NCBI GenBank assembly: GCA_002245135.1
Contig: NGBS01000890.1
Location: forward strand, 1-64,000
Origin: Proteromonas lacertae
Lineage: Eukaryota
Direction of reading: 5' to 3'
DNA length: 64,000 nt
The position numbers were made by a program, and so were the translations under genes. This document shows positions 40,048 to 52,767 of this stretch, in pieces (positions within the stretch are counted from its first letter, which is position 1; each line of letters begins with the position of its first letter). Below the pieces are notes generated by a model. That model saw only the letters and a program-made list of their open reading frames with translations. It did not search any database and was not told the DNA's origin.

Positions 40048-41183
40048 TTAACAATATCCCTTAACACCAAATGGCATCTTTTCACCCTTAAGAGCAGCAA
40101 TCACATTTTGAGCAGTCATATAAGACATTCCACTTCTAGTCTTAACAGAAGCAGAAGCAATATGTGGTAAAATCACACAATTATCTAATTCCAAGAATTT
40201 GCTTGTTGGAGGTAATGGTTCTGGAACAGTAACATCTAAACCAGCTCCACCAATTTCATGATTCTTTAAAGCATTGTATAAAGCATCATGATCAACTACT
40301 GGACCTCTGGCTGTGTTAACAATAATAGCAGTCTTCTTCATCTTCTTTAATGAATCTTTGTTAATTAGATTCTTTGTAGTATCAGTTAAAGCACAATGTA
40401 ATGAGATAAAGTCGCTCTCTTTTAATACAGTGTCCATTGATACTTGTCTAGCATTCTTCAACTCCTTTACACCTGGATTTGGATGATCATCAGCATATAA
40501 TATTTCACAGTTGAATCCAGACATCATCTTAGCGAATTCTAAACCAATATTACCCATACCAATTACACCTACCTTTGAACCAGCTACATCCATACCGCAG
40601 TATTGTAATGGAACCCATGTTCCCCATTTACCTTCTCTGACATCTCTGTTGGCTGGGAATATACCTCTCATGACGGATAATAATAAAGTAACTGCTAATT
40701 CAGCAGTAGTTTTACTTAATACATGAGGAGTATGTCCTACAACGATATTGTGATCTTTACAAGCTTGTAAATCAATGTGATCGAAACCAACAGTCATGGT
40801 GGCTACTACTTTTAATTGTGGACCTGCAGCTTCTATTACAGCTCTGTCAATCTTATCTGGAATCATACAGTATAAAGCATCCATTCCTTTGATTTGTTTT
40901 ACAATTTCTATATAACAGGATGAATTAATGAATGTATATACCATCATGTGGCATTGAAGGAACGAGCTTTTTCCATTGATATAATTTCAAATCTTTCTGT
41001 TGCTGTAATAATTCTAAACCTTCTTTTGGAATTTCACGTGTGATTAATACCTAGATATTATAAAACACGAACTATCTATACTTTCTTCATTGTTGACATA
41101 CATCTAGCATAGCATGCTGAACTCTTGACAGATCTTCTAGAAAATAATAATAATATTTGAAAATACGATAATAATCTTTGCAT
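40048..41183 (-). CDS. GRHPR: Glyoxylate/hydroxypyruvate reductase with mitochondrial-type presequence
   Basis: VGVIGMGNIG, VNTARG, AGLDVTVPEP, LPHIAS; spliced N-terminus MQRLLSRSVKSSACYARCMSTMKKVLITREIP. Confidence 0.92.
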
Positions 41184-41306
41184 TTTTGTTCTTAATATCT
41201 TTTCTTTAAATTTATATCTGTTGGTTTTCGGGTAACTGAAAAGTTTCTCTAGTTCCACGATCTTTTTTTCTTAAAACACCAATAATTTTCTATTCAAAAT
41301 TTTGAC

Positions 41307-42851
41307 ATGCAGAGATTAATTTCAAGAGCTACTCGTGTACCATATCAACAAACAAGATGTATACATTCATATGCTCTATTTTCTTAGCATTCTCTCACGT
41401 TATCAATTTGAGCACTATGAACCAAAAGGTATAAAATAATATAATCACATGTTTATAGGTTCTCAATGCCCAATTTGCAGTTAGAGGTGCTGTTGTAAAC
41501 AAAGCTATGGAATATGAACAGGAAATGGCAAGAGGAAAGAAATTCCCATTCCCAAAACTTACTTATTGCAATATTGGTAATCCTCATGCTTTAAAGCAAC
41601 CACCACTTACCTTCTTAAGACAAATCGAAGCAATTGTCAACTACCCTGAATTATTAAACCACCCAGAGGTATTCCCAGCTGATGTCATTGCTAGAGGTAA
41701 AAAATACGTAGAAAATATTCCAGGAGGTGTTGGTGCTTATGCTCATGCCAAAGGTGTTGAATTAGTAAGAAAAGAAGTAGCCCAATTCATCAAGAACCGT
41801 GATGGTTATGATGCCAATATTGAAAACATCTTCTTAACTGATGGTGCATCTGCTGGTGTTCAAACAATGATTAGATGTATTATAGAGAATAAGAAAGATG
41901 GTATGATGTTACCAATCCCACAATATCCATTATATAGTGCAACTATTGACATGTGTGGTGGTACTAGAATTGGATATTTCATTGATGAAAAACAAGGTTG
42001 GGCTTTGAATGTCTCTGAATTAAGTCAAAAATTAAAGAAAGCTAGAAATGAAGGAATTCATGTGCAAAGCTTTAGCTGTTATTAACCCAGGTAATCCAAC
42101 TGGTATTACATTACCATTAGAAAATATGAAAGATATCATTCGATTCTGCAATGATGAAAAAGTTATCTTATTCGCTGATGAAGTATATCAAAACAACTTA
42201 TGGGATAAGAGCAGACCATGGTATAGTTTCAAGAAAGTATCATTAGATATGGGAAAAGAAGCTAAAGACTTTGAAGTTGTCTCTTTCCAATCAACTTCTA
42301 AAGGTTCAATGGGTGAATGTGGAAGAAGAGGAGGATACTTTGAAATGCAAAACTTTGATCCACAATTTGTTGATCAAGTTTATAAATATCAATCAATCTG
42401 CTTATGTTCTAATGTAGATGGTCAAGTTGCCACTGGTGTCTTAGTAAATCCACCAAAACCAGGCGAACCATCTTACGATTTATGGAAGAAAGAGAATGAT
42501 GAGATTTTAGCTAGTTTATCAAGAAGATCTGCAAAATTAGAAAAGAATTTGAATGAATTAGAAGGTATTAAATGTCAACATTTACATGGTGCTTTATATG
42601 CTTATCCAAAGATTGAACTACCAAAGAAATGGGTTGAACATGCTAAACAAATGAAAGAACAAGCTGATAACTTGTATTGTTTAGAAATGTTGAAGAACAC
42701 AGGTTTAGTTGCTGTTCCAGGTAGTGGTTTTGATCAAGAAGATGGTACATGGCATTTCAGATTAACTATTTTACCACCAGAGAAAGAATTAGATGATGTT
42801 ATTGCCAGAGTTAAGAAATTCCATAAGGAATTCATGAAACAATGGAAGTAA
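41307..42851 (+). CDS. Alanine aminotransferase / glutamate-glyoxylate aminotransferase family with mitochondrial-type presequence
   Basis: AVRG, NIGNPH, PIPQYPLYSA, INPGNPTG, ADEVYQ, STSKG..GECGRRGG, VPGSGF, HFRLTILP; one apparent +1 frameshift at ~42064. Confidence 0.94.
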
Positions 42852-43055
42852 AAAGAGAGTGAGAAAATATTTGGTGATTTTGATTTGAAAAAGATGTTTT
42901 TTTAATAGATACTTATATATATTATATATACAAAACATCTTTTTTTGATTTTATCACCTATTAATTGTAAATGATTATTAGAAATATATTATTTTTGCTT
43001 ATTTTTAGGGGAGAGTATTTATATATACACAAATAGAAAGTGAAATAAGTCATTT

Positions 43056-44107
43056 TTATTCAGGAATATCTAATCCTTTAAACCATTTATCTTTATTCAC
43101 TTGCCATTTCTTATCTTTAGCAATTTTATTCCATCCCATTGATATGAAGTACACTATAATAATAGTAACAGGTGCTAATATAAAGTCACCAATCAAATTA
43201 TTCCTCTGAGTCATGCCAATCACTATTCTGATCAACATATTACATCCAAAATCACCACAGGAGATATGATATTCACCTCTCTTTACTCCATTAATTATAC
43301 AATCAGCACAAAACTCAGGAGTGTATAATTCTTCACCTTTTTCTATTTCTTTACATTCATCAGGTTTAGATTGTTGCTCATGTTCGAATCCTGGAGTTTT
43401 CATACCTGGTGGGTAAGCACAGTGGAATTTGATGTTATATCCATACAATTCGTTTCTCAATACATCTACTAATCCTCTTACAGCGAATTTAGATGGACAA
43501 TAATGAGCATAACCTATAAAGCCACATATTGCCAATTGAGAAGTAATTGACAAAACTTCTTGATTTGGGCGGTTTCTTTTCATCATTCTGGGGATAACTG
43601 CACGGAATACATTCAATGTACCCCAGTAGTTAATTTCCATTACTCTTCTAGCTTCTTCCATTGTTGTTTCAAAGGCATATTTTGGAATTGAAGTACCATG
43701 ACATGTGATTAAGAAATCCACTGGTCCAAAGACTTCTTCAGCTTTATCAACCGCTGTACGAATTTCTTTCTCACTTGTTACATCAGCTGTGAAATATTGG
43801 ACTTTTATATTGTTTGTACCAGCTTTAACTGCATAATCTTCAATTTCTTTCTTGGCTTCTATCACAGACATTTTCTCTTCTAGCTACAATAGGTTATAAA
43901 ACCACCTTCTTTGCATATTCTTTGAGCTAAACACTTACCAAGACCTTGTGATCCTCCTGTAATGAAAATATGTCTATCTCTGAAACTGTATGTCTTGGTT
44001 CTATAAAACATTTGAATTTGAAAGACTAATTGTTGAAGAGCTAACAAAACAATAACTACAATAATGATAAAAACAATAACATTGGCAACACCCTCGAAAA
44101 ACCACAT
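43056..44107 (-). CDS. KDSR: 3-ketodihydrosphingosine reductase (SDR family)
   Basis: N-terminal TM, ITGGSQGLG, YCPSKFAVRG, AYPPGMKTPGF; two apparent single-base insertions near 43867 and 43892. Confidence 0.88.
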
Positions 44108-44204
44108 TATGCCTTTTAAATTTAAAAAATAATTTCTTAATGAAAATTTATCCGAAAAAAATCACCCAAAATATTTAAATTGTTTTTTTCTATTGATAAA
44201 TACA

Positions 44205-45103
44205 ATGTATGTCAATGGAGGTATGGTTGCGCAGTATTTAAAAACTGCTGCTTTTCAAGTATGAATTTTGTTTAATATATAATCACAGGTATCAAAAAGT
44301 TATGAAATCAAGACATCAGAGAAACAAAAGAAAGAAAATCCATTATCATTTTTATGAAGTGTTAGGAAAACTGCAGTTATTTTGTAGTTATTGTGGAGCC
44401 TTGTGTATAATAGCTAGTATAATATAACTAATCACTATTAAATATATAATCTAATTTTATTAATCTAGATACAACTGGATCAAAAGTGTATCAAAGAAAA
44501 ACAGATAAATCATTTGTTTTAGATGTATTATATCTTCATCTAATATTATTCATTATCTTATTCTAATAGGAACCAAGTTGTCTACAATCAATGTATTTAG
44601 AATCCGGTGATACAATCTATCTAAAAAGAGATAATGGAATTGAACAACAATATCGTCTTATATGTCCAGGATGTAAACTATTCTGTGCTTACAGACCAGT
44701 TCCAATAGATCAACCATCACGTTATATTTACCTGCTATATGATGGCTTTAGTGATACTCCAATAGGCATGAATAAACCGACAGATCAAGACATTAACATA
44801 CCAAATTCAATATATAAAGATGAATTTGGAAATGTATGTGTTAAAGTTGAATTAAATCCTGGTCAGATGAGATCTAAAGTGATAGAAATAAATGATGAGT
44901 TTGTGAAGTTTAATTTAGCTGTAATGCCTGGAAATGAAGGTAAAGTGAATATGACATTGTTAAATTATTGTTCAATTTTGCTATCGCTTCCAGGATCTTC
45001 TATAAGTTTAGATTTAGATGATAATAATAGAATAATACTACAAATCAGTGATAAAGGAATTGAAGATGTATTTAATTGTTTCAATAAAGAATTAAAGCAA
45101 TAG
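44205..45103 (+). CDS. STEEP1/CXorf56-like protein with C-terminal DUF167 (UPF0235)-like domain
   Basis: LFCSYCG, RKTDKSFVLD, YLKRDNGIEQQYRLICPGC; C-terminal VKVELNPG...EGKVN..LL resembling YggU/DUF167. Confidence 0.75.
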
Positions 45104-45216
45104 ATGTTATTTTATAAATATTTTTGTTGATATTGATGAATATTTCATTCCATTTTTCATATATAAAAATATAGTCGTTTCATTTCATTGTTCTAATTTC
45201 GAATAATCCAATTTTC

Positions 45217-47788
45217 ATGACAACTACAAATAATATTGTTGCAGTAGACATGGGAAGTAAGAGTATTAAAGCTGCTCATTTGACTTGTGTTAATAATGTT
45301 ACGAAAAGTGAGACTTTGATGATTGATGATGGATTGAGAAGTATTGAGTATTAATTAATGAAATATTATGTAAAAATAGATCATTAATGACATGGAAGAA
45401 TGATTGTGAAAGAGTTTTTGGTAGTTTAGCAAGAAATTACGTATATTAATATGTTTAATCATTCATATAGTTGCCAAGATATGTTAATTCATCCATAAAT
45501 ACAGTAAATGACTTAATTTGTAAAAAATATGATGAAAACTTATCAAAACTGCATTATCCATTTAAAGTGGTTAAAGTAGTTGACAATCACTTTGGCATTA
45601 ATGTATATTTATATAAATTATATAATACATCAACATAGTTTCAGTACAGAACCAATAATGACAAAGTAGAAAATCGTTCAATGAGTGTAGAAGAAGTGTT
45701 TTACTGTTATTTAGATCATTTGAAAAAGATAATCGAAAAGATAAATCTAACAACCAAACATGCAAGATATGTATTCAGTATACCAAGTTACTTTACAACT
45801 CAACAAATTGCTTTATTAAAAGAAGTAACAAAAAGTGTAGAATTTGATGTTTGTGATAAATATGGTTATGTGAATGATTATATGGGTTATTCAACTTTAT
45901 TTGGTTTACAATGTAATATACAGAATGATGATGATGATGAAAATGTAAAGAGAAATGTGATATTTGTGAATATGGGTGAAATAGGAACAAGTGTAACTTG
46001 TGTTTCCTATAAAAATGTATTTATAATTATTATAATTTATTGTTTTAATAGAAAGAATGTAGTATATTGAGTAATAGTTGTGATGGAAATATTGGTGGAA
46101 GAAATATCAATAAATGGTTAATAGATGATATAAAAGATGAATTGAAAAGTAATGGAATAGAAATAATGAATGATGATGCTAAAACTGAATATAAGTTATT
46201 AACAATAATTGAAGATATGAAAAAGAAATTATCTGTAGAAAAAACAAATGAAGTCAATATTAATCTAGAGGAAGTATTGTTGAATAATAATAATAATAAT
46301 AATTGTAACATGAGATATGATGTAGTAAAACTCAGCATATTACTAGAAAAACAGTAAAGTATTTGATAGAATCAAAAGTTTAATAAACAACTGTATAAAT
46401 GAAAGTAAATGGAGTGAAGATGATATTAACAATATTGAAATATGTATACTTGGTGGTTCAATGAGAATAAAATATATAAAAGAAAAACTGATTGAATTTT
46501 TAAAGAATATAACCACCAACAAAGTGAGTGATTTAACAACAACATTGAATATGGATGAATGTATAAGTGAAGGAATTAGTTATTATACTTCAATAATGGA
46601 ACATACAAAGAAATGTCATAAGCCAAAATGCACTAACAAATTACACTATTATATTGAAGATTTAAGTTCGTTTAAACATATGGATGATAGTAATGATGGA
46701 ATAATCAAAAATGATATAGAAAAAATAATGATAAATGTAATGAAATATGATGAAAGAGATGTTATAGAAAATGAAAAGAGTTTAAAGAAACATTTAATCG
46801 AAGAAACTCAATATAATGCTATTCATTTATTAGAAGAAAAGAAATTATATAAATGTGAATATAAAGATTATATTAATAATATAAAACAATATTTTGGTTA
46901 TATTTTAACCTGGATGGAGAATAATAATCTAAATGAAATAGATTATAATGAATTGAAGAATATAAGTGATGATGAAGTAATCCATTATAAAATATTGAAA
47001 GGTATATATGATAATAAGATGAAAAGAATTCAATTAAATCTGTATTATATAACCAACTCAATGTTTGATAGAGATATTAGTATGATAATAATGAATGAAA
47101 TAAAACGAAGTGATATTCGAAATTTCAAATCTAAAACTGTATATATATATAATATTATATATATTGTATAAATAGTTTATTGAGAATATAAAACGTAATT
47201 ATAAAGAACAGATCAACAGTAGATTAAACTATAAAATACATGAATTAGTTGGAATATCTGAAGTAGCTTATAATTCAATATATGGAATATTAATGAATAA
47301 TTTAGATAAACTGATAGATGAATTTATACCTGAACATATAAAACTACCAACCTTATTCTCTGATAAATTATATTATACCTCTTTAACTTGTCGAAATTAC
47401 CATTATGACAATCTAAAAGACTTTGTTATTAGTTATAGATTGATATTAGTATATATATTTGTTATTTTTTATTATTCAATAGAGATTAAATGATTTTACT
47501 AATCCATCATTAAATGATTATTTAAAAATTTTGAATGAAATAACAGGTGAAAATATAATGAATAAGGAAAATTTATCACATTATTCTTTACCTAATAAGT
47601 ATTCAAAGAGTTTATTGAAAGAGTATTTAAGAGATTTAAAAAGTGATATTCCCAACAAGAAGAGTTTGTATGAAAGATGTATGATATGTTTAATGAATTT
47701 TTTGAGATTATTTGGATTTGCATTTAACAATCAATTTCATCAACCAAATCCAGAAAAACAAGAATTGTTATTACATGAAGATGAATAA
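45217..47788 (+). CDS. Highly divergent Hsp70/Hsp110-like protein
   Basis: IVAVDMGS, VFSIPSYFT, IFVNMG, DGNIGGRNI, MKKKLS, ILGGSMRI, TTLNMDECISEG; multiple short introns. Confidence 0.78.
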
Positions 47789-47790
47789 AA

Positions 47791-48050
47791 TTAAAAAATT
47801 ATACATGCTATATACATAAATTTTTTATTGGGATGTTTTTCTTTCATTCTTCTTTTAAAATCTTCATAATTTGATAGATTGTTGTTAAATATATATAATA
47901 TTTCCAATTCTTTACATTTGGGTAGATTATTTATCAACATTCTATGAGCATTTAACCTCATTATTATGCAATTCATGGGTCACAATCAATAACATACTAA
48001 ATAACAAGAATGAATTGGAAATATGGTAGGTTTGTTAGTATTTTATTAAC
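47791..48050 (-). pseudogene. 3' LRR remnant of the kinase-LRR family
   Basis: NNLPKCKELEILYIFNNNLSNYEDFKRRMKEKHPNKK closely matches the C-terminus of the 29034 gene; upstream part degraded, no kinase domain. Confidence 0.6.
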
Positions 48051-48334
48051 AATTAATGTATAATAATCAAAATATACATAATATACATGATTATATGTGG
48101 TAATATATCAATTTATGTAAAGAAATTCACTATATCATAGTGTATTAAACAATTACTTCAATTATAAACACTCTTTTGCAAAATAACGTAATATTCGAAA
48201 TTGATATTTTTGTTTGTTTTGCTTAATAATGAGATTTATGATTAATAAATAAATAGTCGTTTCAGTTAGCTGAGGCTTTATTAAATAGCAAAAACATACT
48301 TATTACATAAAAGATCTCATTTCTTGTTTTATGA

Positions 48335-50445
48335 ATGAGTGAGCAAGATTTGAAAAACAAGATAAAGGAGGTATGATAGAATCTTTTATCTAATAGCTTG
48401 AGGAAGAGAAGAAGAACCTAAATAAAGGTAATTTCATTGTTTTTATAGTTTAGAACTTGATAAAACGAAGAAAACTCTTCAATCAACAGAGAAGGACTTG
48501 CAGAAAAAGACAAAAGAGATAAATACAAGTAAGAACAAAAGTGAAGTTTCAAAGTTATATAAGCAACTAATATCCTTTTTTTATATGTTAATGAATGAGA
48601 GATATGTAATGTAATTCTTTAATTTTTATAAGAAGAACTTCAGCAAGAAAATGAGCAATTAGTTCAACAAGTATAAAATATACTTATATCTGAATAGCTT
48701 CATAGTTTACAAGATTTAATTCGAAGTCAACCAGCTGAAGCGAGTAAAGAAGAAGAAGATACTGAATTAGCTGTGTTAAGAAAGACAGCCGAGAATGTAG
48801 AAGCTGAATTAACTCAACTACAAGGTCTGTATGCTGATGCTCAAATGAAAATATTCGATTATGAAAGTGAGATTGAGAGTTTAAAACAAGATGCAGAAAT
48901 AGTAGAAAAAGAACATAAAATAGAATTAGAAAAATTAAAAGATGAATTATCCAAATCTATTCCAGCAACTAATGCATCTGTAACATCATCATCAGTCCCT
49001 AATTCCGTCAATATAACCCCTTTAACACCTCCTCCAGCACCATCATTGAATAAAATGAATAGAGTTCAATCTGCGACAGTTGTAAGTACAGGAAACAAAG
49101 CAACAGATGAAAAGATCGCCTTATTACAAAGTCAAATAGCTTCTCAATTTGAGAGTATGGATGAAGCGGAAGCTAAACATCAAGATGAAGTAAAAGTATT
49201 AAATGATAATATCGAATTATGGAAAGAAAAGTATAACAAATGTCAATTAAAGATCGAAGAAGTGGAAAGAGAATTAAGTGAAGTAAAAGAAAATTGTATG
49301 GATTTCGAAACGAAATTAGAATTTGAGAATGAAAAGAATGAGAATTTACAAAAGCAAATCGAAGAATTAAAAGTGAAAGCTGATGCAAAAGCTAATAAAG
49401 AAGAAGTATATAAGAAAGGCTTGGAAGATTTAGAAGATAAGATTTATGAATTAAATAACAAGTTGAGTGAAGAAAAGAACAATCGTAGAGAAGCTGTAAA
49501 AGAAAAATTACAAATTGAAGAAGACATTGCAACTTATAAAAATAAGATTGAAGAAATGAATCAAGAAATTGAAGATGCACGTTTTGATAATGGAGTTTTA
49601 TTAAAGAAGAGTGTACAAATGATAAAAGACTTACAAAATGAAATGAAAAAGTTGAATAAATCAATCGAAAAATTAAAATCCGATCATAAAAAAGAAATTG
49701 AAAAAGTTAAAAGAGAATCATCTAATAGTAATTCAAATCAAGAAGATTCTCCGAAAAGAGAAAAGAAACGATTTGGTCGAGATAATAATAATAATAATAA
49801 TGATAATGGATCTGATAGTGCAATAGTAGAAAAACTAAACCAAATAACTCAAGAGAATTGTGATTATAAGATGAAGATAGAAAGTATGTCCAGTATAATC
49901 GAAAAATTAAAAGAACAGTTGAATAATAATAGTGGTGGAAATAGTGGAAATAATAATAGTATGAGAAGAGGATCATTTACATTTGCAGCTGGAGATGCAA
50001 TTACTGAAGGATTACAGCAGAAGATTAACGAATTACATGAAGAAATAACGAAATTGAAAAAAAATAATAATAAACTCAGTAGAGATATAGAAAAATATAA
50101 AATGAAAGCTGCTGTATCATTGGATAAAGAATCAAAAGATGTGATGAAGAGATTTGAAACTCAAATCAAAGATAATCAAAAATTGAAAGATAAATTAGAT
50201 GAGATATTTGAAAAATCGAAAATATTTAAAGATCGATGTGATATGTTGGCACAAGAGAATTTATATCTTTTTTTTTTACATTGAATATTTATGAGATTAA
50301 TTTCTTAATTTTATTTACTGCATTAGTGAAAGAGTTGAAAGGTCATGGAGTACATCGAGAGAGTATAGGTACAGCAGAGGGAATAACAATTGATATGGAG
50401 AATGTAGAAGAAGTGGATGAAACACCTCGATCTGATGGTGAATGA
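48335..50445 (+). CDS. Long coiled-coil protein (contains two U12-type introns)
   Basis: 503-aa heptad-rich ORF extended by short 5' exons (MSEQDLKNKIKE...) and a 3' exon ending TGA at 50443-50445. Confidence 0.85.
48570..48631 (+). other. U12-type intron, AT-AA termini
   Basis: Consensus ATATCCTTT 5' site, TTCTTTAAT branch-like site; only an AA-ending acceptor keeps the frame (YKQL|EELQQEN). Confidence 0.8.
50263..50318 (+). other. U12-type AT-AC intron
   Basis: ATATCTTT...TTTCTTAAT...TTTAC; removal gives AQENF-ALVKELKG open to the stop. Confidence 0.88.
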
Positions 50446-50649
50446 AAATGATGGTAATGGAATAAATAAATAATAATATTATATAAATATATATTATAAT
50501 TTGTATTATTATTGTCTTAATTGATTTGGCAATCGTTCAAATTGAGATAATTCAAAAAAGATTTTCAAGCCATTTTTATTTTGATTTGAGATCCTTTTGA
50601 TTATTTTTTGTTGATAAGACCTTATTTAAAACAGATTAAACCTTGAAGA

Positions 50650-52355
50650 ATGTTGAACAGTGATTTAAATGCATTACTTGGTGGTGAATATGAAGTATAT
50701 ACAGTAGTATTAATTTATGTTTAGTTTAGTAAAGATAGTATAATGTGTAATACGTTATTTCGCATTAAAAGAAAGGTCTCTGAAAGTAATATGATATTGA
50801 AAGTAGTGAAGACAGATGATTTAGAGAAAAAGAATGTGGAAAGTGTGGTTTATAAAATTCATACCATAAACAATCTAAATGAACGAACATTAATGAAATA
50901 TGAAATGATTGAGATGGTCAACAACAAATTAATTCGAATACAACCAGAAATGAGAGTAAGTCTTGATAGAATTTATCCTTTGAAATACTTTAAAGAAAGT
51001 GATTCATTTGTAGTGTTGGGTGATATATGTCAGTGCTTGAAAATCTTTGATAATTATAAAACAATTCACAGTGATTTAAAACCATCCAATATCTTTCTAA
51101 ATGAAGATGGTGGAGTGATAGTAAATGATTATCTAAATAATCTGTTGTATAAAGGAAGAGAAGAAAAACAAGGTTTAACAAAAGACAATTTTTGTTTTGT
51201 TTGTATTGATGAATTATTAGGAAAAGAATTAGATATTTCAAGTGATATTTGGAATTTTGGTTTAGTGTTTTATTACATAAAAAGTGGAAAATATGCATTT
51301 GTTGGTTCAAATACATCTGAAACACTATTAAATATTTTGAGTACAGATTATATTCCATTAGAATGTGAGAATAATAAAGAGTTGAACTCCCTTATAGGTA
51401 AAATACTATGCCAAGAAAAGAAAGATAGGTTGAAATTAAATGAATTAATTATTGAAATGAAAAGTATAATTACTATATATTATAGTATAGAATTCAATAA
51501 ATCAGAAGTTCAGTCAGATAGAAATATAATACATAAAGAATTTTCAGTAATAGGAGAGATAAAAATTGATGAAAATTTGAGTATAAATGATATAAATATG
51601 ATTTAATATAGAGAATAATATCGATTTTGTTATTGACAAATGCAAAAAAGATAATGGAAATATATTAAAATTTTGGAATTGTATAAATATTGTTATTCAA
51701 ATGTAGTTAATATGGGAGATGAAGGAGTAAAGTATTTGTGTTCTAGATTAAATAGAATGAATAATATAACCTTAATTGATTTGGAAAGTATAAATAAATA
51801 AAGAATAATATTTAGGTAATAATATAAGTTCAATTGGGTTAAATATATTTTCAGAATGTTTAAAATTCTTTCCAAACTTAGAAGGGTTGAATCTATGTGA
51901 CAATCAAATTGGAGAGGAGAAAAAATCATTATTATCAATTTTTCAAGGATGGTTAGGATATAATACAAATGGTGATAATTTAAAAGCATTTTCAGAAAAT
52001 CTGTATAATATTCCAAAGTTAAAGAATTTGGGATTAGATGGTATTTATTATCTTTATTATTAATTAGGATGTAAATTAGGAGATAGTGATATAAAATATC
52101 TAACTTCACATTTTAAAGATATTCATCGTTTAGAAGTATTATCACTTTCTTGTATTAATGAATTTATATGTATTTTGTATAGTAAATAGAATAAGTGATG
52201 ATGGAGTGAAGTATTTGTGTGGAAATATTACTGAAATATCAAAATTAGAGATATTATGGTTGTATGGGAATGTAATAAGTGATAAAGGAGGAGAAATTCT
52301 CACACAGAATCTTTATAAATGTAAGAAGTTAAAGGAATTAATGATAAATATTTAA
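50650..52355 (+). CDS. Atypical protein kinase + LRR fusion, copy 2
   Basis: HSDLKPSN, DYL at the DFG position, shared FVCIDEL.GKELDISSD.WNFGLVFYY block with copy 1; LRR exons (ISDDGVKYL, LWLYGNVISDKG). Confidence 0.85.
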
Positions 52356-52767
52356 AGGTAAAAGGTTAATAATATTATTATATTTATTTATTATTAATTA
52401 ATTTGTTTTAAATTGTTTTTTATTTTATTCAAAATAGATAATCAAGCTATCTCCATTTAGCAACATATATTGTGATAATTATTAAGTCTATTTTATGAGA
52501 TTTTTAAAATATATTCATAATAATAATCTATAATGATGAAGATGTTATTGATTATAGTTAAATATAATGTATGAATGTTTTATACGCCTTTAATAATGAT
52601 ATTTAAAGAGTAAAACAAAGAAAGCAAAATATTATAGAGAAATGATACTATTAGAGCCTCACATATATTTTATATGCTTTTTTTATTTAACTTAGCCTCA
52701 GTTAAAAAGTAACGATTTTATTTTTATTTTATTTTTCTTCTTCTATAAAGCATATATAATATTAAAA

